From NCBI GenBank assembly GCA_017302435.1, contig JAFLDL010000017.1, positions 14,492 to 78,491 of the forward strand: DNA of 64,000 nucleotides. Reading direction: 5' to 3'. The DNA comes from Candidatus Accumulibacter necessarius (GTDB lineage: Bacteria > Pseudomonadota > Gammaproteobacteria > Burkholderiales > Rhodocyclaceae). Of this stretch, positions 27,961-37,317 are shown piece by piece (position 1 is the first letter of the stretch; each line of letters opens with the position of its first letter). A program made the position numbers and the translations under genes. The notes below the pieces were generated by a model. It saw only the letters and a program-made list of their open reading frames with translations, ran no database searches and was not told where the DNA came from.

Positions 27961-29913
27961 TCAGCCGTGGTGGCCGGCTTCGCCGTTTCGCCCGGCCAGG
28001 AACGCCTGCGCCTCCTCGCGGCGTTCGAAGACATGCGGCGCGATGCTGCGTGCGGAGAAGGCCTCGCCCAGCTTGGCACGGAGGAAGGCGCTGGTGGCGT
28101 AGCGGGTGATCTGGCTGAAATAATTGGCGAGAAAGTAGCGGTCCATTTCGGCATAGGCGTCGTACATGTCCTGGTTGATCCGGAACCGGTCGTAATTGAT
28201 GATCACGCCGACGCGCTTGCCGGCAGCCCGGCAGCGCAGCTCGCAGATGTCCCAGATCGCCTTGACGTCCTCGACCACCCGGACATGCATGCCCTCGAAA
28301 TTGAGGAACAGGATATTGCGCTCCGGATCATAGATGACCCGCTCCGGCAAGGACAGATTGAGCAGTTCAGCCTCGAGGCCCATCGGGTTGGCATTGAAGA
28401 TGCGCGCGTCCATCTCGCCGTACTCACCAATGATCGGCTCGAAGTCCATGTACGGCAGGATGTCCCGCTCGACCTCGATGCCCGGCGCCACCTCGATCAG
28501 CGCCAGACCCCGGCGAACCCGCCGGAACACGCAGCGCTCGGTGACGTAATAGACGGGCTTGCCGCGATCATAGGCGTACTGGCCATTGAAAGTGATCTGC
28601 TCGACCTGCTTGACGAACTTCCGCTGCCGGCCCTCCTCGATGATCCGGAGCTTGCCGTCATTGACCTCGACCTTGAGCTCGTTGCCGGTGAAGGTGCCGA
28701 CGAACACCACCAGGCGGGCGTTCTGGCTGATGTTGATGAAGCCGCCGGCCCCCATCAGCCGGCCACCGAAGCGGCTGACGCCGACGTTGCCGGCGGCATC
28801 GCACTCGGCCATGCCGAGACACGCCATGTCGAGCCCACCTCCGTCGTAGAAGTCGAACTGCTGATTCTCGTCGATCACCGCATCCATGTTGACGCCGGTC
28901 CCGAAGTTGCCGCCGCTCGCGGGAATCCCGCCGATCAGGCCGGACTCCACGGTCAGCGTCAGCAGGTGCGAGATCCGCTCCTCCTGGGCGACCGCCGCAA
29001 CGCCTTCGGGCATCCCGACCCCCAGGTTGATGATGCCGTTGGGCGGCAATTCGAAGGCGGCTCGGCGGGCGATGATCTTGCGCCCGGTCAGCGGCGTCGA
29101 GACCAGGCTCGGGCTGGGAACCCGGAACTCGCCGGCGTAGGCAGCGCTGTACTGGGTCGCCAGGGTCTGCATGTGCTGGACCGGTTCGGCCACCACCACG
29201 CAATCGACCAGGATCCCGGGAATCTTGACCTGCCGCGGCGGCAGTCCGCTGCGCTCGGCGATGCGCTCGACCTGGGCGATCACGATGCCGTTGCTGTTCT
29301 TGGCCGCCATCGCCATGGCGAGATTGTTGAGCGTGAGGGCTTCACGCTCCATCGTGATGTTGCCGAAGGTATCCGACGTGGTGCCACGCACAAAGGCGAC
29401 GTTGACCTGGCCGACTTTGTAGAACAGCCACTCCTCACCATCGACTTCGACCAGATTGACGATGTCCCGGGTGGTGGCCGCGTTGATCCGGCCGCCGCCG
29501 TAGCGCGGATCGACGAAGGTGTGCAGTCCGACCTTGGAGAAGGAACCGGGTTTGCCCGAGGCCAGATCCCGGAATAACTGGCAGATGATTCCCTGCGGCA
29601 GGTTATAGGCCTGGATGCGGTTGTCGAGCGCCAGTTGCGCCACCTTCGGCATGCGGCCCCAGTGGCCTGCCACCACCCGGCGCAGCAGGCCTTCGTGGCC
29701 CAGGTGATTGAGCCCCAGGGTCTTGCCGTCGCCCTGGCCAGCGGCAGCGAACAAGGCCAGGTTCGTTGGGCTGCCGGTGGCGAGGAATCGGCGCTCCAGC
29801 GCCGACAGCAGGGCCTCGGCGAAACCGGTCTGGACGAACCCGGTACTGGCCAGCGTATCGCCATCCCGGATCAGGGCGATCGCTTCGTCGGCGGTAACGA
29901 TCTTGCTGCGCAT
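27961..29913 (-). CDS. acyl-CoA:acetate/propionate CoA-transferase family enzyme
   Basis: MRSKIVTADEAIALIRDGDTLASTGF...GHWG...GGGLDMACLGMAECDAAGNVGVSRFG is typical of the family I CoA-transferase fused type (Pct/YdiF-like), with a C-terminal extension. Confidence 0.8.
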   Translation of the reverse strand: MRSKIVTADEAIALIRDGDTLASTGFVQTGFAEALLSALERRFLATGSPTNLALFAAAGQGDGKTLGLNHLGHEGLLRRVVAGHWGRMPKVAQLALDNRIQAYNLPQGIICQLFRDLASGKPGSFSKVGLHTFVDPRYGGGRINAATTRDIVNLVEVDGEEWLFYKVGQVNVAFVRGTTSDTFGNITMEREALTLNNLAMAMAAKNSNGIVIAQVERIAERSGLPPRQVKIPGILVDCVVVAEPVQHMQTLATQYSAAYAGEFRVPSPSLVSTPLTGRKIIARRAAFELPPNGIINLGVGMPEGVAAVAQEERISHLLTLTVESGLIGGIPASGGNFGTGVNMDAVIDENQQFDFYDGGGLDMACLGMAECDAAGNVGVSRFGGRLMGAGGFINISQNARLVVFVGTFTGNELKVEVNDGKLRIIEEGRQRKFVKQVEQITFNGQYAYDRGKPVYYVTERCVFRRVRRGLALIEVAPGIEVERDILPYMDFEPIIGEYGEMDARIFNANPMGLEAELLNLSLPERVIYDPERNILFLNFEGMHVRVVEDVKAIWDICELRCRAAGKRVGVIINYDRFRINQDMYDAYAEMDRYFLANYFSQITRYATSAFLRAKLGEAFSARSIAPHVFERREEAQAFLAGRNGEAGHHG

Positions 29914-30662
29914 GCGGCTTTCCTCCCGATCATCTTCCTGACTTCCGGCCCAGGGCCGGACGGTCCGGCACAAGCGCAGGACCGGGCACGGCCCCCGCCT
30001 TCAGCGAATGGAACGTCGGGCCGCCATGCAGTTGCGCAAGTAAAACACACTACAGGGGAGCAGACTCAATTGCCAGGAACAACTTTTCGCGCGCATCTTC
30101 CAGCGCCGCCTCGGGACGGGTGGCTCGCGCCAGGACAAGTCAGCGGCGCGCAGCCCCTGGCCGGGAATTCGGCTCCAGCCGGGTGGCTGACGATGGTCCT
30201 CGGCATCCAGGCGCGACAGCAACCCTCGCCACGACTGCCCTTTCCTGACAAGGTGCTGCGAGCTGGTGAACGTAACCCCATGCCGGATTGGCGGCCCCGG
30301 ACCCTCGCTGCTCATCGCCGCCACGCCCCTGGCGCTGGCCAGGTCGCTTGCGAGAGCCCGTCTTCGATGGTAGCGTTCCCTCATTCCAGCGGTCACCTGG
30401 CGGCACTCCCTGTCCCTTTTCCCGGCCATCGCTGCTCTGGTGGCGCTGCCGCAGGCCGCCCGCACTGATAGCCCGGGAGAAGCCGATGAGCCAGGCCGAT
30501 TGGCGCTGCAAGACCCTTGCTGCGAGAGGCGACCGGCTCGCCCGGGCCCACGCTGCACTTGCTGCCCGGTGCTACCGGACGGTGGTCCGTTGGTTCGACA
30601 GGGCGCCGCCGGGCAGCGGGCGGTCCGACCTCGGGGTGCCGGCAAACAGCTACGGTGGGACC

Positions 30663-33497
30663 ATGAACCGCACACAGGGTAGTCGATGGCTGACCTGCCT
30701 ACCGGCCTTGTGCACGGCCGGGCGCCGGCTGGCACGCGCGCTCCTGTTGGCCTGGCTGTGGCTGTTGCCCGCGCCGGCAGCTGTCGCCGGTAACGACACG
30801 GCAGCCTCGCTGCGGCCGCTGGCCGATGGCGCCCGCAGCACGCTGGCCGAGCGCATCGAGGCGCCGGCGGCGCGCCTGCCATTCCTGTGTACGGTGCGCC
30901 GCACTGAAGGCGCTCCGCTGCGCGAATACGTGCTGCGACAACAGTCTCAGGCGATCGAGGCGCTGCTGGCTGGGGCCACCTCGCGCGCGGAAACCGAGCG
31001 CGTCGGCCGGCTTCTCGGCGAGTTGCAGCGCGACGGGTTCGCCCGCGATGCAAATGCCCGCCTGGCCGATATTGCCCCCGGCGGGGCGATCGGGCTGCGG
31101 CTCGCCGCCAGCCTGGGCGAGCTGCCGGCGGCGCTGCACGATCGCATGCAGCCGGGCTGCGGTGGCAGCCCCTACCGTGGCCTGCTGGGGCGCACCGACC
31201 AACCTCTGGGCCAACTGGCACGCGTGGACTACGAGCGCCTGACCGAGATCGAAGCCGCCGATCCCTGGCACTGGCTGGTGCTGGCCTGGCTCGCCGGTGA
31301 GCAGGGCGAGCACGCCTTGCGGCGTAGCCTGGCCGCCGCCCAGATCGCGGCGACACCCGAAGCGCTGCGCGTGCAGGTGTTCGCCTGGCAGCAGATGGCC
31401 TGGCTGCGCCGCCAGCAGGCGCGCGGCAGCGAGGCGCAGGTGGCGGCCGAGGAGGCAATGCGCCTGGCCGCGGCCGCAGTCGCCCAGACCGGTACGGATG
31501 CGGCACAACCTGCGGCTCGACAGGCCCTGCGCGACATCGGTCAGACGGGCAGCACGCTGGCCATCGTGCTCGAGGACAGCGGCCAGACAGCCGCCGCATC
31601 CGCCGTGCTGGCCAACGTGCTGCCACTGCAGCAGCGGCTGGCCAAACGGCAGCCCGATGACCTGCCGGCGCAGTATGCCCTGATCGACACCCTGGGCCGC
31701 CTGGGCATGCTGCAACGCGCACTCGGCGCGACCACAGGCGGCGCGCCCGCCTACAGTGACCAGGCCCTGGCGCTCCACCAGCAACTGCAGGCGCGCACGC
31801 CCTTTGACCCGATCCTGAGCCGCTCGGGCTGGCCCGGCATGTTCGCCATGGCCGTCGGCGTGGCCGGCCTGCTCACCCTGCTGCTGGGCTGGGCACTGCT
31901 CTGGCGCTACCGGCAACGCGTCGCCCAACTGATGACGTCAGTAGCCGGCCGCACAGCCACAGTGCAGCCGCCCGTCAGCGCTGCCGCCCGACCATCGCGG
32001 GCGCCGTTGGCGCCGTCGGCGACTCCAGCGGCCGATACGGCGACAACGCGCGCAGCTGCCGGCGCACTGCGTCAGGCGGCCGTGGTACAGGCCGTCGCCG
32101 GGCTGGCTTTCGGCCTCGCCGCCGCCTGGCTGCAGTTGCGCGCCGACGGCACCGAAGCCAACCTCAACCGCATGGCGGTGATGAGCTGGACCTGGGCCTG
32201 GCCCACGGTACTCGCGCTCGGCCTGGTCTGGGACGGCGATCGCCGCCGCCGGCGCTGGGTCCTGGCGGCATACTTCGGCGTACTGCTGCTCATCTGCACC
32301 CGCATCGCCCTCGGCGAGACACCGCCGCTGCAGATGTTCGGCGTCAGCGTGCCGGCATTCTTCCAGGGCATGGTCTTCTGGGCGATGAGCCTGTCGTACT
32401 CGCCTTTCCTGCTGCTGTTCCTCAACCGCGCGGTGCGCAGCATCGGCCCGGCGCTGCTGGCGATGATGCTGGTGGCCGTGGTCGGCGGCACCCTGGCGAT
32501 GGTGGCGGCGAGCACGCCGAGGGGCATGAGTGCGGTGGTCCATGCGCTGATGGCCGTGCACCTGCCCACCGAGTGGATGCTGGCGGCCGTGCTGCTGGCC
32601 GGCATGCTCGCCTCGGCCCCGCTGGCCTGGTGGGTCGCCCGCCGGCTGCGCGCTGCCTATGCCGCCAAGTGGCTCACCGATCAGAGTCTGATGATCGACA
32701 CGCTGTGGCTCTTCCAGGCGGTACTGCTGTCGTTCAGCCTCACCCAGTCGATCGGCCCCGTGGGCTGGATGGGGCTGGGCGTGTTCGGGCTGCACAAGGT
32801 CATCACACTGGCCGGCATGTGGCCGGCGGCACGGGCGGCGCGCGCTCGTACGCCGCTACGACTGTTGCTGCTGCGGGTGTTCAACCGCCGCGATGCCCAG
32901 GGCAAGGCGGTCAGCCGGCGCGCCGACGCCGAGCGCCTGTTCGACCTCCTCGGCTCGCGCTGGCGCTACGCCGGCCCGATCCACATGATCGGCGCGCCGG
33001 ATCTCGCCAGCAGCACGATCGACCCTGACGAATTCCTAGACTTTCTAGCCGGGCGGCTGCGCGAGCGCTTCATCCTCGATCCGACGGCCGTGCCGGAACG
33101 TCTCGCCGCACTCGACGAGCGCTGCGACTTCGACGCCCGCTGGCGAGTCAGCGAACTCTTCTGCGGCGACGACGCCTGGCGCGCCGCGGTACTGGCGCTG
33201 ATGGCGCGCAGCGATCTGGTGGCGATGGACCTGCGCGACTTCGGCCCGGACAATCAGGGCTGCGTGTTCGAGCTTCAGGCCCTGCTCGACCTGGTGCCCG
33301 CCCAGCGCGTGGCACTGCTGGTCGACCAGAGCACGCGCCTCGACTTCCTGGATGCGACGATCGACGCCTGCCTCGCCCGCGTCCCCGCCAGTTCGCCAAA
33401 CGTACAGGCCCCCGCGCGCATGGCGCAGGTGAACATCGACGGTGGCGAGCAGGCCGCGGTGGACCAGCTGCTGCACATGGCGACGGCGGCGGCCTGA
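30663..33497 (+). CDS. large polytopic membrane protein of unknown function (signal peptide, helical periplasmic region, ~9 TM, C-terminal soluble domain)
   Basis: MNRTQGSRWL...LLLAWLWLLPAPAAVAG (signal peptide), an Ala/Leu/Arg-rich region, multiple hydrophobic helices from ~31800 to ~32830, and a C-terminal ~210 aa (LLLLRVFNRRDAQG...IHMIGAPD...DLVAMDLRDF...RVALLVD). No motif recognised. Start chosen at internal ATG 30663. Confidence 0.5.
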   Translation: MNRTQGSRWLTCLPALCTAGRRLARALLLAWLWLLPAPAAVAGNDTAASLRPLADGARSTLAERIEAPAARLPFLCTVRRTEGAPLREYVLRQQSQAIEALLAGATSRAETERVGRLLGELQRDGFARDANARLADIAPGGAIGLRLAASLGELPAALHDRMQPGCGGSPYRGLLGRTDQPLGQLARVDYERLTEIEAADPWHWLVLAWLAGEQGEHALRRSLAAAQIAATPEALRVQVFAWQQMAWLRRQQARGSEAQVAAEEAMRLAAAAVAQTGTDAAQPAARQALRDIGQTGSTLAIVLEDSGQTAAASAVLANVLPLQQRLAKRQPDDLPAQYALIDTLGRLGMLQRALGATTGGAPAYSDQALALHQQLQARTPFDPILSRSGWPGMFAMAVGVAGLLTLLLGWALLWRYRQRVAQLMTSVAGRTATVQPPVSAAARPSRAPLAPSATPAADTATTRAAAGALRQAAVVQAVAGLAFGLAAAWLQLRADGTEANLNRMAVMSWTWAWPTVLALGLVWDGDRRRRRWVLAAYFGVLLLICTRIALGETPPLQMFGVSVPAFFQGMVFWAMSLSYSPFLLLFLNRAVRSIGPALLAMMLVAVVGGTLAMVAASTPRGMSAVVHALMAVHLPTEWMLAAVLLAGMLASAPLAWWVARRLRAAYAAKWLTDQSLMIDTLWLFQAVLLSFSLTQSIGPVGWMGLGVFGLHKVITLAGMWPAARAARARTPLRLLLLRVFNRRDAQGKAVSRRADAERLFDLLGSRWRYAGPIHMIGAPDLASSTIDPDEFLDFLAGRLRERFILDPTAVPERLAALDERCDFDARWRVSELFCGDDAWRAAVLALMARSDLVAMDLRDFGPDNQGCVFELQALLDLVPAQRVALLVDQSTRLDFLDATIDACLARVPASSPNVQAPARMAQVNIDGGEQAAVDQLLHMATAAA

Positions 33498-33603
33498 GCG
33501 AACGCTACCGAAACCTGGAGTAATGCGCAAGGCTGGTTGGCCATGTCCCAGTCGGGTGCAATCAAGCCTTACACCGGCTTGAACGCCACTCTTGGGTGGT
33601 CGC

Positions 33604-34638
33604 TCAGTCGCTGCCCACACGAATGATCAGCTTGCCAAAATTGCGCCCTTCGAGCAGTCCGATGAAGGCTTGTGGGGCGTTCTCCAGGCCATCGACGATG
33701 TCTTCGCGGAACTTGATCTTGCCCACCTTCAGCCAGGTGCTCATCTGACTGAAGAACTCGCCGTAGCGAGTGCCGTAGTCGTCGAAGATGATGAAGCCCT
33801 GCATCCTGATGCGTCTGGTGAGCAGCGTGCGGGTAAGTAGGCCAAGGCGGTCGGGCCCTGGCGGCAGACCGGTGTCGTTGTAGTGGGCAATCAGCCCGCA
33901 CACCGGCACCCGGGCACTGACGTTCAACAGCGGCAGGACGGCGTCGAAGACCGCCCCCCCAACATTCTCGAAGTAGGCATCGATGCCTTTCGGGCAGGCG
34001 GCCGCCAGTTGCTCGCGCAGATTGGCACTACGACGGTCGATGCAGGCATCGAAGCCCAATTCTTCGACGACGAAGCGGCATTTTTCAGCACCGCCGGCGA
34101 CACCGACCACACGGCAGCCTTTGAGGCGCGCCAGCTGGCCCACCACCGAGCCGACCGCCCCACTCGCCGCAGCGACGACCACGGTCTCTCCGGCTTTCGG
34201 CTGACCAATATCGAGCAAGCCCATGTAGGCCGTAAAACCAGGCATGCCGAGCACGCCGAGTGCCAGCGAGGGCTGTCTCATCCGGGTATCGAGCCGGGTG
34301 AGATCGCTGCCCTTGGCGAGGGCATAGTCCTGCCAGCCGCCGTAGCCGAGCACCAGGTCGCCGGCCTGGTAGTCGGGGTGCTGCGAGGCTGCCACGCGTC
34401 CGACCGTGCCGCCGACCATCACCTCACCGAGCGCCAGCGGCGCGGTGTAGGACGGCGCATCGCTCATGCGGCCACGCATGTACGGGTCAAGCGACAGATA
34501 CAGGGCGCGCGTCAGCACCTGCCCGGAGGCGGGAACCGGAACGTCGCACGCCTCCAGACGAAAGTTCTCGGCGGTCGGCGCGCCGACCGGACGGGAGTTG
34601 AGGACGATCCGGCGATTGACGGTATTGTTCTGGTTCAT
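33604..34638 (-). CDS. NADP-dependent oxidoreductase, MDR family (YncB/CurA/PTGR-like)
   Basis: RIVLNSRPVGAPTAENFRLE...YLSLDPYMRGRM...VVAAASGAVGSVVGQLARLKGCRVVGVAG...NFGKLIIRV. Confidence 0.85.
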   Translation of the reverse strand: MNQNNTVNRRIVLNSRPVGAPTAENFRLEACDVPVPASGQVLTRALYLSLDPYMRGRMSDAPSYTAPLALGEVMVGGTVGRVAASQHPDYQAGDLVLGYGGWQDYALAKGSDLTRLDTRMRQPSLALGVLGMPGFTAYMGLLDIGQPKAGETVVVAAASGAVGSVVGQLARLKGCRVVGVAGGAEKCRFVVEELGFDACIDRRSANLREQLAAACPKGIDAYFENVGGAVFDAVLPLLNVSARVPVCGLIAHYNDTGLPPGPDRLGLLTRTLLTRRIRMQGFIIFDDYGTRYGEFFSQMSTWLKVGKIKFREDIVDGLENAPQAFIGLLEGRNFGKLIIRVGSD

Positions 34639-34770
34639 GTTGCTGACCTCCTGAGGGTTGTCCAATGTCTTCTGCGTCAAGGCCCACGACTTCTACAGCA
34701 GATCGTCATCAGCCGGCTATGTACGGTAGCAGACAGAATGATTGCCGGCGATTGTCTAGGATCGAATAGT

Positions 34771-34787
34771 TGGCAAAGCAGGCGCAA
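34771..34787 (+). promoter_or_regulatory. candidate sigma-54 promoter upstream of the Spy/CpxP/ZraP-like gene
   Basis: TGGCAAAGCAGGCGCAA has GG and GC at the correct spacing, but the -12 region is weak (GCGCAA vs TTGCA). It lies 62 nt upstream of ATG 34849. Confidence 0.3.
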
Positions 34788-34848
34788 GAATAAAGCAGCA
34801 GCCAGCTTGACCGACAGATGACCCCATGATCCATAGAGGAGAATCCAC

Positions 34849-35334
34849 ATGACCAGCTATCGTACCTTCGCTTCTTCCCTGCTTCTGGCTTCGAGCCTGG
34901 GTGCGCTTGCCGCACCGGCTGTGGCTGCGCCACAGGACTGTGGTCCAGCGGGGATGCGCGGCGCCTGGGAATACCGCGGCGAGCGCATGGCGCAACATCA
35001 CCAGCAACTCCACAACGCGCTCAAGCTGACGCCCGAGCAGGAAGGCGCGTGGAAAAAACTGATGGACAGCCAGCATCCGATGGCCAGAATGCAGCCTGAC
35101 AAGGCCGACGACTGGGCGAAGCTCACGACCCCGGAACGGGCGGACAGGATGCTTGAACGGATGAAAGAGCAACAGTCGCGCATGACGGAGCATGTGCTCG
35201 CCCTCAAGGACTTTTACGCCGTGCTGACGCCCGAGCAGAAGAAGACCTTCGACGGCTTTCATTCCGGTGCACCGTCTGGCAAGCCTGGGAGGCACGGACC
35301 CCGCTCGATGGACAGGGCCGCACCGACGCCCTGA
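34849..35334 (+). CDS. periplasmic Spy/CpxP/ZraP-family protein (LTxxQ motifs)
   Basis: Signal peptide MTSYRTFASSLLLASSLGALAAPAVA. Two LTPEQ motifs (LKLTPEQEGAWKKL, AVLTPEQKKTFDGF). RBS GAGGAG. Confidence 0.75.
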   Translation: MTSYRTFASSLLLASSLGALAAPAVAAPQDCGPAGMRGAWEYRGERMAQHHQQLHNALKLTPEQEGAWKKLMDSQHPMARMQPDKADDWAKLTTPERADRMLERMKEQQSRMTEHVLALKDFYAVLTPEQKKTFDGFHSGAPSGKPGRHGPRSMDRAAPTP

Positions 35335-35336
35335 GC

Positions 35337-36305
35337 ATGTCTATCCGGAAGCCCTTCGCCTGGGCCTCTTCCGAACCAATCTCGCCGGCGATCAGCAGAC
35401 CAGCGGCGAGCCTGTGTCAGTCGCCGCCAGGGACGTCAGCCCCTGCTTTACCGACGGCTGCCGCTGTCGGTAGTATTGACGCGTACATCCAGGCTGCGAG
35501 GCAGTTTGCTCTACTGACGCGGGACGAAGAATTTCTTCTGGCAAGCCGTTATCGTGGAACGAATGATCTCGAAGCAGCGCGACAGTTGATTCTGTCGCAC
35601 CTCCGTCTGGTGATTTCAATCGCCCGTGGCTACCTGGGGTATGGCTTGCCGCACGCCGATCTGATCCAGGAAGGCAATATCGGGCTGATGAAGGCGGTGA
35701 AGCGCTTCGACCCGAAGCGTGGCGTTCGCCTGGTTTCGTTTGCCATCCACTTCATCAAGGCAGAAATTCATGAGTACGTCGTGAGGAACTGGCGGATGCT
35801 CAAGGTGGCAACGACCAAGGGGCAGCGCAAGCTGTTTTTCAACCTGCGCAGCATGAAAACCGGCAGCGACGGTCTGGATTCGGTGCAGGCCGCAGAAATC
35901 GCCCGCATCCTGAACGTAAAGCCCGATGAAGTGATCGAGATGGACACTCGCATGTCCGGCCGCGACTTGGCGCTGGACGGCGAGAGCGATGATGACGAGG
36001 CATTTGCACCGATCCACTATCTTGCCGACCACGCGACCGAACCGCTGCAGGTGCTCGAAGCGCGTGCCCGGGACCGACTGCAGACCGAGGGATTGCAGGG
36101 CGCTCTGGCGATGCTCGATCCGCGCAGCCGCCGCATTGTCGAGGCGCGCTGGCTGATGGACGACAAGCGCGCAAGCCTGCACGATCTGGCAGCGGAATTC
36201 GGTGTATCCGCCGAGCGGATTCGCCAGGTCGAAGCGAAAGCACTGCAGAAAATGCGCTCAAGCCTGGCATCCATGGCAGCCGGGACGTGGGCGGCAGCGC
36301 ACTGA
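35337..36305 (+). CDS. rpoH: RNA polymerase sigma-32 (heat-shock sigma factor)
   Basis: QEGNIGLMKAVKRFDP, and the RpoH box FAIHFIKAEIHEYVVRNWRMLKVATTKGQRKLFFNLR. The start is uncertain because the N-terminus is ~35 aa longer than typical RpoH. The ATG lies 2 nt after the preceding stop. Confidence 0.9.
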   Translation: MSIRKPFAWASSEPISPAISRPAASLCQSPPGTSAPALPTAAAVGSIDAYIQAARQFALLTRDEEFLLASRYRGTNDLEAARQLILSHLRLVISIARGYLGYGLPHADLIQEGNIGLMKAVKRFDPKRGVRLVSFAIHFIKAEIHEYVVRNWRMLKVATTKGQRKLFFNLRSMKTGSDGLDSVQAAEIARILNVKPDEVIEMDTRMSGRDLALDGESDDDEAFAPIHYLADHATEPLQVLEARARDRLQTEGLQGALAMLDPRSRRIVEARWLMDDKRASLHDLAAEFGVSAERIRQVEAKALQKMRSSLASMAAGTWAAAH

Positions 36306-36407
36306 GGTCCGCACGTGCCAACTCGTCCTCGACCAACATTCGGAGCCTTACGCACGGTCGCATTGGCCTCATTTCACACCCACATTACCACCTGCGCCAC
36401 CCTCCGC

Positions 36408-37013
36408 TCAATCAAGCTCGACCATGACCTCGTTGCGTCGCCAGAACCATGGCTTCCAGGGCGGATCATAACGCGCCCACATGGGCTCGCCGTGCCAGGA
36501 CAGACCCGCTTTTTCGAGCGCATCCTGCAACTTCTTCAGGTGCTCTTCGTAGCGACTCTGCGACCAGGTCCCGGAGTAAGCAAGGACTGCAATCATTCGC
36601 GCGGGGATCTCCCGCAGCGTCACGCGCGGGTCGTTGGGCTCGGGCAGCGTTTTCAGCGTCCATTCTCGCGGCATCGCGAACTGAATGAGGTAACCACCGG
36701 CCGTCGCACTCTGTGCCACTGGCGCGGTCATCGCAATCCTGACCGGGGTCTGCGCGACGGGAGCGGTCATCTCGATTCTTCGCTCCCCCTTGTTTCCGCC
36801 GAAGATGTACCCCGCCAGGATGCGAAAACCCTGGTTCCCGGCCTCTTCGGCCGTCGCGCTGACAACCGTCTCGGCCACCAGGTAAGGCTCGTAGCGGCGT
36901 ACCTCGAAGAGCCCTTCGGTGCGGACGACGGTATAGCGGGGTTCATCAATGGCCATTGCGGGACTCCCGACGACAGACAACATGAGCAGAACGAAAAACT
37001 GGAAGCGAGTCAT
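36408..37013 (-). CDS. SOUL heme-binding family protein (secreted)
   Basis: The signal peptide is followed by IDEPRYTVVRTEGLFEVRRYEPYLVAETVV...GFRILAGYIFGGN...IEMTAPV, the characteristic SOUL/HBP pattern. Confidence 0.8.
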   Translation of the reverse strand: MTRFQFFVLLMLSVVGSPAMAIDEPRYTVVRTEGLFEVRRYEPYLVAETVVSATAEEAGNQGFRILAGYIFGGNKGERRIEMTAPVAQTPVRIAMTAPVAQSATAGGYLIQFAMPREWTLKTLPEPNDPRVTLREIPARMIAVLAYSGTWSQSRYEEHLKKLQDALEKAGLSWHGEPMWARYDPPWKPWFWRRNEVMVELD

Positions 37014-37317
37014 TGCGATTCCCGGTGAAATGATGTCAACAGCCCGGCCAAACCTGCCTCCGGTGGCTGGCCGGCTTTCAGCCGGCGCATTGCGCAGGCT
37101 GGGAAGCTCACCGAACCGGCGCGATGGCGCAGGCGGTTCGGCGTGCCGCCTGAAACATGCGCCTCGTATCCTGGCAGGCCAATCATGAGCCCATTCAGCG
37201 CCAGTTACCAGCGATCAATCACGAGACGCTCGAGACACTTCGCACTCAAGGCCTTGTATTATGGTCGGATCTGGAACGGATCCCTCTGATACGCCCGAAG
37301 TGAAACCACAGGAGAAG

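Noticed and set aside
30001-31722. 573-aa minus-strand ORF, plus several other ORFs in this area (30699..31928, 31938..32795)
   Set aside because: The translations are extremely Arg/Pro/Ala/Gly-rich with no hydrophobic core or motifs. They are antisense or off-frame shadows of the 30663..33497 gene in very GC-rich DNA.
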